This document shows, piece by piece, positions 37,589-50,900 of a stretch of 64,000 nucleotides of DNA. Source of the stretch: Raillietiella orientalis (taxonomy: Eukaryota). Where the stretch lies: positions 1,860,001 through 1,924,000 of the forward strand of contig JAYWIR010000013.1 of NCBI GenBank assembly GCA_036172245.1, given 5' to 3'. A program made the position numbers and the translations under genes. The notes below the pieces were generated by a model that ran no database searches, had not been told where the DNA came from, and was given only the letters and a program-made list of their open reading frames with translations. The first letter of the stretch is position 1. The number at the start of each line of letters is the position of its first letter.

Positions 37589-40500
37589 GGAAGTAGAAAT
37601 TGCAGGACTTCTGGTACGGCTTCTGGCCCCGAGGGGCCTTCCTGAAATGAGCTCGTGGGAATTCCCTTCCGCTGCTCCCCTCATCTCCACCCCATCTCCC
37701 CGCTCCGGAGGCTCGATGCGGCTGGGAGCCGTTGAGGCGCGATCCCCCCCGAGGGGTCCCATGACTCAGACTCGCTGCCTCCCTATTCGTCCTACTTCGT
37801 GGTCCCGCGCTTTGCTGCACCGCTCTCCCGGAGACCTCGCTAGGAAGCGAGGCCGAGCTCCCGCTTCTCTTTCACAGCCGCGCCGTTGTCGGGAGGAACG
37901 GAGCCGCGCTTTCGAACCGCAAACCAAGGACCACCGTCGCTGTCACCTCCCACGCCCACAGGCCGAACCTTCCCGAACTACCGACGCATCTCTTGGACTG
38001 ACTCTCAGCCGCCTTCTGGGAGCAAGGAGAGTCTCGTGGAAGGGCACGCCGGCAGTTCCAGAGGGGCGGGAAGCGGAAAAGCATCCCCGAAGAAGATGAG
38101 CTCTTTGCGGCCCTTTGTTTGCTCAGCAGTGTCGCCCTCGGACGTTCAAGTTCAGCCGTCCGGAAAGGGAAAACACATGCACACGCGAAAACGTGTTCTG
38201 GCTCTCCCTCGTTCCTCTGGCATCAAGCAGCCGGACTGCGCCCGACTTCCCAGAGGCCGCCGCAGAAGGTCCTCAGAGCGCTTTCCTGCTCATCAGGGGA
38301 ACGAGGAGCGCCTGCCGTCACCGCGTCGAAAGCCGCGTGCAGATTCGAACCCAGAGTCGACGACGACGGGCAAGAGAGGCAGCGCGCGAGAGACGGTGCG
38401 CGCGGCGCCCTCAACGCACGGTCGCCGACGCGCTCCGTTCGTCCCTCTCGTGGCAAAACTTTCCGCTCTCGGTCCTGGCTACAAGACGCCGCTCCCGGGA
38501 ACACGAGGAGGAGGTGGTGGCGATACGTTCGCAGCACGTGATCTGATGGGAACGAAAGAAAAGGAAACAGGAAGAAGAAAAAGAAAGACAGAAGCGGAAA
38601 GCAGCGGTTTCGTGTCGGATCGCCATTAACACACGAAACTACAGGACCAGACTGAAATACGAAATCTTCTGCGGCGGTCGCAATGGTGCAGGGCGCGCGT
38701 GATTGGGTGCCAATGAATCTTGATGGCACTCGGCAGAACATCCATAGGAACACACTTACTTCGTAATGCTTGCTTGGACATTCTTGTCTCGACGACGACA
38801 CGGCAGCAGTTCTTCTCTCTCGGAGGATGTCTCGCCAACCGAAACCGCAAGGAGAAATTCGGGAAAAGCTCCCGGAATCCTCCGGGAGATGAATTTTCCC
38901 ACTCGTCGCTTCCCCATGTCGCAGCCTTTCCGCTCCTCGTTCCAGTTGCGTCGCAAAATCGGGTACGCAACCGATCCTTACGACCTCCCTTTCTACGACC
39001 TTGATCGTGGCGAAACTTTTCCTGATGGCAGGGGCAAAACGAGTTCCCAATGGAACAGGAAGCGCGATAGGTCTCGAGGATCCGCCAAGAGGATCGGGGC
39101 CGAACGGGAGGAGAGAATCTTTCGTTTTTCCTTTTGTTTTTCGGCATCTCTCTGGACTATCGCTACCCTTCGCTGTCACTCTGCGGTGCCGGAGGTGGGC
39201 CCTCAGCCCGAATCAGAAATCTCAGAGGTGTCGTACGGGGGATCGACCCGTAGTATTCGACTCGTAACCAACGGGGGGGGGGGGTTCCTCACCCAGCTCC
39301 TTAACAGGGAAGACGACGGACGCATCCCGTGGATCCAACGAAAAAAAGCCACTTCCGGATAATGGATAGGATCCTTCCGCTTTCGTGCAGCCAAGACTCA
39401 AATTTTCGTTCAAAAAGAAGCAAAGAATTGAACGAGTGGCAAGGGACGGATTGACTAGGGATCCCTGCAAACGACGGAGAAGGCGCTTGAAGACGCGAGC
39501 GAGCGGACGTACCACCACCGTACAGCGGCGATTCGTTCGGTGACTCGGGGACGAATCTACGCAGCCTACTGCTCCCCAAAGATGAAAGACGCTTCCCTTG
39601 AGTCGCATCAAAAATCTCCGCTGAAAAAAAAAAAAAAGAAAGAACCTATGCGTGAAGTGGGACAACCTATTTCCCCTACAGCACGTTTCCCAAGGAAGTC
39701 CTTGATCTTTACTGTAAGTCCTTTACTTTATTTTCGTGCATGTATGTTTGATTTCCAAGGCCGAGCAGCGGGACACTGTGGATGAGAGATGGAAAGGGTC
39801 GTCGTTGATGCTTCGGCAACCGCACACACACACAAACATTTCGGCAGAGATTCGTCCGACAGTCTCAACTCAGATTCCGACTAGATGCACGCGCGCATGG
39901 GGCTCGTAGCATCGAGCCATGTCCGTCCCTCGCGGGCGATGGGCAACGTTTCACGGGGTGCCAAAGGAGACGACGCGGCCATGTCTTCTCGCCGGAACAG
40001 CCCGAGAAGGCTGCTGACGCGTAATCTGCTGAACTTCGCGCTTCCATACAAAATGACACGAGCTTTGAAGATCCTCGCATGCGATCATCTTGAAGAACCG
40101 CGGACTTGGACGCCAGCATCCAGCAAACCTACAAAAGTATTGCCATACAAAAAAAGGCACAACGGCCGCTCGAGCCACGGATCGATGCCCTACATGCTGG
40201 TGAGGAACAGCCCCGCGCGTTTCAGCGCGCAAAAGCGACCATCACACCGTACGCTTGCACGACACGTACGAAACTCGAATCCAATCTATACGACATTCAA
40301 TTGGCTCGAAGAGCGCTCGTACGACATGCAGCTGCAACTCGCACCTATGTGCGCCCTGGACATCTCAAATCGTGTCGAGACTCGGGATAGATGCCCCCCT
40401 CCCCCTACTTCCCACGATGAAGAACTCCTGATCACGCTAAGCCACCGGAGCGGGAAAAAACCCGGCGCCTGCTGGAAGTGGAAGTTCCACTCTCAGCAAT

Positions 40501-41149
40501 CTTCCTCTGCCTTTCGGGCGCCACGACTCTGCATGTTTCGAGCTCTTTCGACTCACTGATGCGCAGCCCCCGTGACATCAGTCCCAACTCATTCGCCGGA
40601 TGATGAAAAAAAAAAAAATCAGGAACGTCTTTCTTTTCCTTCTGGAAATTTGCCTCCCTTGAGGCATCCACCGTTTGTTTCCGGAGCAAAAAATACCTCG
40701 CCGCCTGCTGGTTCAGAATGGCCGCCTGCTTCCAGCGAAAAGGATGCTTCTCTTCTCCTCCTCCTCCTCCTTGTGTCTGGCGAGTTCTTTAGTTGCGTTC
40801 CCTTACGGATACCCGCGTTTACCACGGAGGAAGAACCCGCTGGTATATCGGAGCCAGTATCAGGCAACAAGAGTGCTCCCGTTCTCTTCCATAGTTACCA
40901 GCGCACAGCTTCCTCCGTTCTCATTGAACGGGGACATGTCGCCCACCCGGAACTTTCTGACGCTGGGAAGCGGCGTTCCGCAGCCAATCTATCCCAGAAT
41001 CCGGCTCGGAGCCTCGTCCGAACCCGGCGCTTCGGAAGATGCTGCAGCGCCTTCGAAGAATCGGCAACGATAGAGGCGTCCGAAGAGGCACGACGAAGGA
41101 AGGAGGGCAAATGCCGCCAGCTTGCCCTGCCTCTCTCTTTTCCTTCCAG

Positions 41150-41543
41150 ACGAACTCAGGTCTCCCTAGGATCCACGGGGATTCGATGCGCCGAGAAGTC
41201 GCCACGAGAAACGCGACGTTTCCTCAGGCGCGCGCAGCACGCAAAACGCGCGATGGCACGTTCGAACGTGCGGCAATGCCGAGATGGCACCCCGAGCAGG
41301 CGAAACAGCTGGACGAGATCCGCAAGAGGCAAATGCAGGCGGATGCCTCCGCACCCGAAAGTGTGCAGCACTATTCCCCGGTAGCAGCTCGTGCTAAGAT
41401 CGGGTGGACTGAAGGAGTGGCAGCAAGCGAACCACCTGGACCTCAGAGGAAATGCCTCGAAAGCACAGGGGAGCGAAGCTCCTCGGGTGGACGAAATAGC
41501 GAGTTGCAGCTGCTGCGCATGCTTTCGCAGGGAACTGATGAAG
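41150..41543 (+). CDS. Putative exon of an unidentified gene
   Basis: Strong pyrimidine-rich acceptor CTCTCTCTTTTCCTTCCAG at 41149, open frame (..PRWHPEQAKQLDEIRKRQMQAD..), donor AAG|GTATGA at 41544 and a phase-compatible acceptor at 41775. No recognisable domain. Confidence 0.25.
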
Positions 41544-44023
41544 GTATGATAGAGGTCGCGGGCAGCACGAGGACTCCTTGCCCACCACATGAAAACGAAT
41601 CATCGACCGGATTCATCGACTCCGCCCACTCCCCTCCCGATCCCCCATCTCTTCCTCCCGTTGAGCCATCCTCAATTTGCGCAGCGGCAACCCTCCTTTG
41701 ATCGCCTAATCGAGTAGCGGCGACTCCGGACCTGTTTTTTCTTCTTCCCCCTTTTCTTCTTCTTTTTCTCTGGAGAGGCTCTGGTTGGCCTATGGCTAAC
41801 GACGATGCAGCGGAGGCCAGGTGACCAGACCTACCTCCACCGTCTCCTGGTTGACCGCTTGCTGGCTGTGCGCGCGTCGGCCAAAAGGCAGCATGCCATG
41901 GCACACGGATTCGGAAGCGGAACCGAGCGACCTACCAGATCCATCTGAAATCCAACCACACACCCAAAAAATCCTTCCAAGGGAGAGACGTATCCCCAAT
42001 CCACTCATCTCCCCCCCCCCTCCCTCTCCTAGTCCACTCGACTGAGCAGGAGCACCGACCAAATTCCGTCAAGAACTCATTTATCCGGAACTTTTCCTGC
42101 GCCGACTCTCCGAATTGCCGAATGCCCTCCTCTCGGGACACTCCTCTCGGAAAAAGACAGATGCAAGTAGGGAGCCCTTGGAAGAAGAATCAGGACTTGC
42201 GACCTTCCTCTTGTTGCACAAAGAAATCCGGACTACGGAGCTGCTCCCGAGAAGTGAGCAAAAAATATTTTTTTTTTTTACACGAAGACTCCACCGAGAC
42301 TCGTGCAGTCTCCCTTGAGAAGAATCCCAGAGAGTGCACTCGAGATAGCCAACATCCCGCTGATGCGGAAAATGGTCGGTCTTTCGGCACGATGCTTCCC
42401 GCTCCGTTTGTGCCAGGAGCTTTGGTAGATCTGCCGCAGATCGTTTTGGAATGCATGGAAAGGACCGCCTCCGCTGCAAAGGGGGAATTTGCACACGGAA
42501 GCCCAGAGCGAAGATGAGCCAGGACGCCGAGCATCCAGGAAGCGAAAGCAGAATAGAAGATGGAGGGAGAGACGGTCTGCAGGGCACCGTGGTTCCTCTT
42601 GAGTGTCTCCCAGTCTCCAGCAGCACGGACCCGTGCTGCAACGGCATTTCGAGCAACGGGCACAGCCAAAAGGTACCAGAGGAAGGACGCCAGCGAAAGA
42701 TCGTTGCTAGCCACCACTCTCCGGGAAGGATGCAGTTGAAAGATTGAGACATCGGTAATGACATCACGCGCGGCAGCGGAGAAGCGTTCGGTTCCGCAGA
42801 TGAGCCTCACGGCAGCCAGCATCCACGGAAAGCAGCAGCGACGTGGGCTTACAGGAGCTTCCCTTCGCGGTGGCCATCCAGAGTTGCACGAGAAGCCCAT
42901 TCCTGGATTCCCTTCGTTCCTTCAGTTCATCCGGTCTGGTCCGGTTCCATCGTGGTAGTGTGCGAGGGTTTTGCACGCGTGCCGGCAGCGCTCGCAAGCC
43001 ATTCCAGCCGGTGGTCGAGTTCCACCGCGACGGACCTCCCTCCGCCATCGAGCTTCCACGCGACGCACGGCGGGAGTCTCCACGTTAGGACAAGGCGGCG
43101 ATGAGAGAGAAGTCACCCCAACGGGGCGAAAGCGTGCGTGCGTGCGTGCGTGCGTGTGCTGCCAGACATCGGGGATGACGGTGCCGCGCGCGTCACACAC
43201 GGAAACCCCGGAGTCCCAGGGACGGGTCGGAGCGCGAGGTTTGGCCGGGTTCACCACTCCCAATCCTCTCCTCCACAGGGGAAACGGAGTCTCGCAGACG
43301 AAGTAGCAAAGTTCCGTTCCCGATCCGTGCAAAAAACCAAACACGGGGTGAACGGGAGGAGGAGCGGGAAGCCGCCCGGAATCCCCCCAAACGCAGACGT
43401 GAGGATTCCGGACGGAGACGCTGTGACACATTTTCAAGACCGCGTGTGTTTCACTCGAACAGTTTATTCGCTTCGAATAATTAGCCCGTTTCTGTTGACT
43501 CGGATTCGCTTTCCCCGTGCAACTCGTTGGTTGCTATGAGGTAATTACGGTGCCTTTTTTTTCTTCTTCTTCTTTTCCTTTCCAGAGAAATGGGAACGAA
43601 AGTTCATCACTTTTTATTTCACAGCAGAAGGCAAAGAAAGCATGGAAAGGTTTTGTTTTGTTTTGTTTTTTTCCTCGCTTACCGGCTTCCCTTTAATGTA
43701 GAAACAGCCGCCGCCTCCGCTGCACACCACACTTTCGCTCTTCCAAGCGGGGAAATCGCTCTGGAACAACTCTCCATCCTTCCAGAATCCCTGTACCGAC
43801 TTCTTTGATCGCACGACGCGCGACGGGCTCGAGGACGGCAACAATGGGGGCCGGAAAAAGGAACGGAAAAGAGGAAAAAAAAAACGGACCGGTCTAAAAA
43901 TAGAAACGGAACGCGAGCGCAGGTTACGATGGAACACACGCAGAACACACGGACAGCACGCCATCCGCAGTCTCAGCTGAGGTCGCGTGAAGCGCATGCA
44001 AAAAGATTACGCATTGAAGAAAC

Positions 44024-44028
<5 letters not shown>

Positions 44029-44055
<27 letters not shown>
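44029..44055. repeat. (TG)n microsatellite followed by (TC)n
   Basis: Perfect TG run. Confidence 0.9.
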
Positions 44056-47000
44056 TTTTTCTCTCTCTCTCGGAAAAAAAAAAACAAAAAAATAGATAAA
44101 TAAATAAACTACGAACTGGAAATTAAGATAATTTGTGCGCTTGTTCCCAGAAATGACAGCTGAAATTGCAACCTAAACACCTAAGCGTGCAGGAGAGAGA
44201 AATCCTCCCTATTAAGTCCCGTTCGAAACAACTAGTAAACCACGCTGGAATTACACACCCGAAAGCAATTCCCAAAACACAGGATCAAAAATGGAATTCT
44301 TCAGACAACTTCATTAGTCTATTTTTGCAGGACATGAATTTGGTTTGAAACGCTGCTTCGCAGATGATCGGATCTGGTACCGTTGCAAAAGGACGGCTGG
44401 GGGGGGGGAGAGAGAGAAAGAAAGAAAAAAAAAGGAGGAGGAAATCTGAAAGAAAACTTGCCGCCCATGCAAGGAGGTGTGGGTTTCAGTGACACCAACT
44501 TTCCTCAGAGCACCGTGCAAAACGGGTAGCGAAGTGACAGCCTAATTGGATCGCATCGTGCCAGCCAAACCAAAATGCCCACGGATGAAGTGAAATGATC
44601 GAAAACGAGCCTTCAGCTTTTTATAGTTGAACTTGGTGCGAGCACAGCTTTTGAACGGGCCAGGCAGCGCGGAAGAAAAAAAAAGAAAAAAAAAAACCCT
44701 CTCCGCCCGCCAGAGGGAAGCTTTTTTTTTTTTTTTTTCCTCTTTGTGGGCAGCCCGATCTCGTCTGCCCATTTCTGCAGCACGAGATGCTCGACATCTA
44801 CGCGACGCCTGCTTCCACTGCGAAGCGCCCACAACCTTGGCGGCAAACCGACGTCTGCGGAAACGAAGGACTCACCGACCTGCAGAATTCAGGTGCCCAC
44901 CTAGCAAAGCGCAGGACGCAAAACCGGCAACATCAATCAAGAAGATCGGTGCTGGCTGGCAAAGGCGATGGATGGGCACGGTGGCCGAAGCCGCGCGGGG
45001 CATCCCCCGCAGCCGGTCCTCCCGAGGGACCACGCCGGTTGCGCAGAAGGAACGGTGGTCCCGCGAAGAAACACGGTTTGCTTTCCGTGACCGCGGCTGC
45101 AGCACGGAGCGCGGAAATTACCAAACGGGATTACGGGAATGCAGGGGAGCAGAGGCGTGGGGAGAACAGGGTGTGACGTTTCCTTCCGGCAATCCGGAAA
45201 TCACGGAGGCAAAAGAAACGCAGCATACGCAACAGGAACGCGATGGAGGGGGGGGGGGGAAACCGGGAACACTCGCGGGAAGAAGATCGTGAAGAAAATC
45301 GAGCGCGGCAGCCGAAAAAAGCGCAGCACGCGATCTCCTTCCTCGAACCACTGAGATTGAAGCGATGAGATTTCGTCCAGGAGGAGCGGCGTGCCAACAG
45401 CAAATCTTCCCTGCTCAAGTGCAGCTTGGTTGCATGCTGGTTCCGGGAACGATTGCATTTCGCCGCTGACGCACCACGGATTTTCTACGGAAGCAAATCA
45501 CGATGCAGTTGTTACTGCGAGCAGCTGAGTGAGGGAGAGAGATCGACGGCTTCCTCCCTCCGGATCTTTGACAACTCCGTGTTTAGAATGGGAGTCGGCT
45601 AGGAGAATGGTTTTCTGAAGAGCGTGTGTGAGAAGATGCCTGACGGGGTGATTGCGGCTTCCCGAGCACTGGAATCTGCATTCCGACATCAGCACCCACT
45701 CCCGGGTCCTTTGTTTCGTGTCACGTCACGGACGGCAGCGCTTACTCCACGGTGAGTGGTTAAACCCCCGTGCAGACATGGTTCTTTCCCTGGCCGGAAA
45801 GTTGAATGAACGTTCGGCTGCATACAAGGAAGAGGAGGAAAGTAAAGCGTGCGCAAGCGCCGGGCGCCAGCGGCCAAGACGAAACGTGGTCCCCCCAAGA
45901 CGGGCACTCGCTCAGACGGGGACCCGGGACAGATGAACTGCTGGCTTTCTGCTCTGGATGAACCTTCCATGACGAAACAAAAAGGCAGGCTCCGCGCAGT
46001 TCTACCAGGCAGGTCACGGGAAGCAACCGTCCGCGCGGGGCAACCACCACCGGCTCGAATTCGGCGGGGTGATCGCCTCGACTTTTGCACTCGACGTTTG
46101 CGAAGACCGTCCGTCAGGAGCAAACGTCGAGTGTTCGGACGCGCCGCCTCCGAACCTTCCGCAACCAGAATCGCGCTTGGACCTTCCCCAAGTTGCGCTA
46201 TTTACAAAAGGGAAAGGATTTGCGGAGTGAACATTCCTTTCCGGGAAAACACGGTGACATGGGAACATGGGAAATTTCCAATTTTAAACATGCAAACGCA
46301 ATGCAGATTCGCAACCTATAAAAAACAAAACACGAAAAAAATGCCAATGTTCACAACAAACAGCCGAAGCTCATCGCTAGGACACGCCAGATGAAAAGAG
46401 AAGGTGTCAGCCAAGGCAGAGGAACAGCCAGGAACAAAAGGATAGCATGCTTTTGTTTGCGAAGTTGGCACGGATGCAGCCGCAACTGGGCTGCAAAGAT
46501 GGTACTTCACAGCGACGCCGGTCGCTGTGAAGGAGGAAATCGGTTGCGTGAGCCACGCACGTCTTCCGGATCTCACCAAACGGGGTCAAAACCGACAGCT
46601 GAAGAATACCTGCCCGGGAGTCTCTCCTGAAATGCACCGTTGCTTGGATTGTGCTCATGACGGATTTCCGGCGGTGTCGAGAAGCACGAAGTGCAACCTG
46701 AAACGACAGCATCCTGACGCACACATAACGACACAACTCGGTGTCGCCGTGTTCACCAATTCATAAAAGCTTCGCACTACATGTCGGCTGTCCAATGTGT
46801 GTGTGCGCGCGTGCGGGGGGGGGGGGGAAGAGGACATTTTGCATTTAGCACGCTGCTGCTATGTACCGTGCAAGTTTGGACCCGTGTCTTCAATCTACCG
46901 AGCAGAAGTATAGCAGGGAATCCCAAGGGAAAGCGCGCACCCCGGCTGGAGACATCACGGTCGCCTTCCATGCAAATGCAACGGCAGCATCGACAAGCAC

Positions 47001-47394
47001 TGCTTTCCTGAATTTCCTTCCCGTCGTCCCTTTTTTCTCCTTTCCTTTTCCTTTCTTTGCTTGGAAATTCGGTACGGACCAAATGTAATGGGGTTGCGCT
47101 CATTCGACGATCCTTCAGAACATGATGGCAATTTGAAAGGGAGGGGGGGGGGGAATATTTATTTGGGGAGGAGGGATGCGCACGAACCACGGGGCAGTTT
47201 TCCAAGGGCACGGAAATGCATCGGATAGCAGCAGCACTTGAGGGACTGTACGATGATGACCATGACCAAAACCGTCAGGTACTCTTTTTTATTTCATTTT
47301 ATATATATATATATATATTTGGCAGGATTGATTTTCGTGTGGCTGTGTTACCACGCACTCAAGAAAACGTTCGCTAAGCCAGTTTCGAAATAAA

Positions 47395-47400
47395 TTTATT
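47395..47400 (-). terminator. Candidate polyadenylation signal of bunched
   Basis: TTTATT on + (AATAAA on -) about 500 nt downstream of the bun stop; a second candidate lies at 47288-47293. Confidence 0.5.
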
Positions 47401-47902
47401 CAAATAAAAGATAATTTGCTCACTAGCATTGCACAATTCTTGCAAATATGAAGGCACTGTAAATAACCTTAAACCATACATAAAACAGGCAAACGCCTTG
47501 ATTAATTCCCAGATTCATACGTTGCAACTTCTAGACTAGATAATCTGGAAATTCCCAGCTTATTTTTTATGGTTCTGTATACTCTGTCCTGCCAAAGAAA
47601 GCAGCAGATACCTTAAGCAAATTTATGCTTCCAAAGGATGAACAGCTGTTTTTTGTTTTTTGTTTTTTTTTGTTTGTTTGTTCGTTTTTTGTTTTTGTTT
47701 TTTTTTCCGGAAATGTTTTCGCGTTTTCGCACTCAGGAGACGCAACTTGAAAATATGGACAAACGAAAGAGTAATGCACCATTCTCTTCACGAGAGAAAG
47801 CTTTTTGGAATGCAACTTAAGACTCTCCTAGGCAAGGACAAGATTCTCCCAAATAATCATCAACAATTTAATATCACAGCTCTGTTAAAATCCCTTCAAC
47901 AA

Positions 47903-50900
47903 TTAAGATGCAGACTGAGGTCCAGCCTGTGATTGTGTGAGTTTCCCGGTTGACACAACCAGTTGAGCCAAGGTCTCTTGCGTAGCGTGGGCTCTCAGGA
48001 AGTTATTCTCGTGTTCCAACTGATTGATTCTTTCCATGAGCTCGGAAATCTTTTCCTTTAAGACTTCGACTTCTTCACGAACGGCAAACATCAAGTGACT
48101 TTTGACCAAGTCCTTGTGGAACAGAGAAAAAGGGGGCAATTATAAAACGTGACAGCTGGAGAGTGCGGGGAAACGAAGCCGGAAAAACAAAGCAGGGTGC
48201 AGAGGCAAATGAAATTTCGAGAACATGGGCACAGGAAGGTGGGATAATACAAGTTCTTTAGATCAATCAAAGGCATGCTCACCATCGCCTGTTCGATTTT
48301 ATTGTCGATTGCTACGGTGCTGGAACAGGAGGCACTAAGAGACAAAAAGAAAAGAAAACTCAGATTAGTAAAAAAAAAAAAAAAAAATTTTTTTTAATAA
48401 CAATCAGAAGAAGAGGAGGAGGAAGAAAAGGGGGAGGGGGGAGAAAAGAAAAAAAAAATCTCGACTGTGAAAGGCAGCTCGTTCACATGTTTTACCTTAC
48501 GACTCGCAGGAATCAACTTAGGAAACGGAACGAGGGGGGAAATCGCATGATTTGTAGCAATTTTCTTGCTGAAGCAATTAAGTAACTTCATTTGAGAAAC
48601 ATGAACCACAGGGATGGAAAACAAACATGCGGCGTCGATTCACATTGGCGATTCTTATGACGAGAGCTCTTTAGAGATGCATTTCCAAAAACTCCAAGCT
48701 AACGATGAGCTCGAAATGCGATACCGCATGTAAGGCAACGCAGGAATGGAGGAGACACGACTTCGGATCAAACGCTCCAGCAGCCTGAATACACCAAGTG
48801 ACCACCGAACATTAACATTTCCTCCGAAGTCTACAAGGTAAATCTCCTGTCCCCGATCAGTGACGACACAGCCTTTTCTAAATACGAGAGGGGGAAGAGC
48901 ACCCGTGTTGTTTGTTAGAAATTCACAGATGTTGTGGAATCAATCCCTAAGCCATGGACCACGATCGCCGAATTATCACCGAAGAAAGCCAGAGCTTGGG
49001 TTTGCGGATCAAAATCAAAGTGAACGCATACAAAGAAGTAGGATGTACGAAACATGAAGAAAAAAACGTCCTATTCTGGCTTGTACCATTCCCTTACATC
49101 CTACACGCCCAGAAGCATCCAAAAGGAAGCATGTCTTTGAAAGATGTGTCAAAATACGCTATGTAAAACGAACTTGCACTTACAAAAAAAAAAAAAAAAA
49201 AAACGGTACGTGTTCCACAAACACGAACCGACCCAGGACGACAGTCCATCCATCCGTTTGTATGGTGCCTAAGATACCGACTGCTCGTACAGAGAAACTC
49301 TGTACATCTTAACTGCATGCATGCTGCGAACCAAACTCCCACCAGGGATCTCAGACCTTCAACCACGACCGAGAATCAGGAGGGCAATCAGAAGAGTAAA
49401 CAAACTGAAGCTGCTTCCGAGAATCATCCGCAGTAAAATTTTCTAATTACGTGCAACTGGAACCAACTTTGGCTCTTCTGACACCCACGTTAGGATGAAC
49501 TTGAGGTGATGGAAATACAATGACTGGGATTCTGCATTTCGAGCACACCTCATGAGCCAAACCAACCGATTGCAAACAACATTAATTTTTTCCCCTAATG
49601 TGCATGTGTGTGTGTGTGTGTGTGTGGATCCGGACACTATGTCGAACAAAACTTTTCCCCGAAACACTCACAGACGATTCAAATTCCGTGAACCCGAATT
49701 GTGATAGTGGCTTGGCTGGATACACGTGACTCTATCAAAACTAGTGCATGAAACGTGGAAGTTTTTTAAAAAGAAAGAAAGAAAGAAAAAAGGTACTCTT
49801 TAGTCTGGCAACACTGACAGAGGTTTACAGATTACTGCTGTTGGTTTTTCGTGGTCACCAATACACACGTAATGTGCTCATCTTGTTCAAAGCTGAGACT
49901 CTCGGAATTCTTGAGCACACATAAACTTGGCGAAAAGCTCAAAGTGGGACGTAAGAAGCATGCGATTGCATGGAATAAGCAGATGCAGGAAACGTATGCA
50001 ACACAGTATGTGGAAAACATTTGCGTGCTACTGCAGTTTGAATTTATTTGCCTGCTTCCGGTTCGTTATTTTCCATCTATCGCAACATTTTCACACATCT
50101 ACATAAAAAAACGTGCGTACCCATCATGGTCCCTGATGGTGTTGTGCAACTTCAAAAAATCCACATTCGATAAAACACAGCTTTTGTCGAAAAAAGTCAT
50201 TTCCCGAACGGCTGCCTGTTTGGAAGGGAGAACGTTTTCCCGCACTGCGAAGCGTTTCCTGTGCTCGGTGCACTAATGTGGACGACGGTGGACCAAACGA
50301 CACAATTCCTCACAAACAGTGGTTGCAACCACCAAGCCACGCTGCCCGAAGTACTCCAACATAAAATTCAGGTAGCACGGTGACGTGCTTCTACCTTCTG
50401 TACGGAAGCTCACATTTCGCTATTACGAATCAAACCAGCAGACATTGCACAACGGCGCGCTCACTGATGTATGCTGGCGTCGTAAAATGTGTGTAAACTG
50501 TCTGAAGAACTAGAAAGCACGAAGAAGTTGGATTTACTGGAAAGTACTTTACAACGCATAGGTGACGAAGTACACTCCAGTCGGAACAGAAACTAATGAT
50601 TGGTTTCAAGGGCACAAGAAAGCAGTTCAACCTTTGGGGAAGAAGCAGTACCGCTGATGCACGCATGAATCGGATAACAACCGTAGCAAGTCGGAATACC
50701 GAACATGCATGCACTACGTATTTATTTATTTACATGCTTATTTATTTACGTATTTATTTATTGAAACGAAACTCCTGAAAATGACTACGGGAACAGCTCC
50801 AATGCAGACGTCGCCCCAGCCGCCCCTTTCCTCCTTCCCACACATACATTTCATAAGCAGCAAAGCAGGAATTGTACGCAATTGGAAGTCTTCGGGAGCG

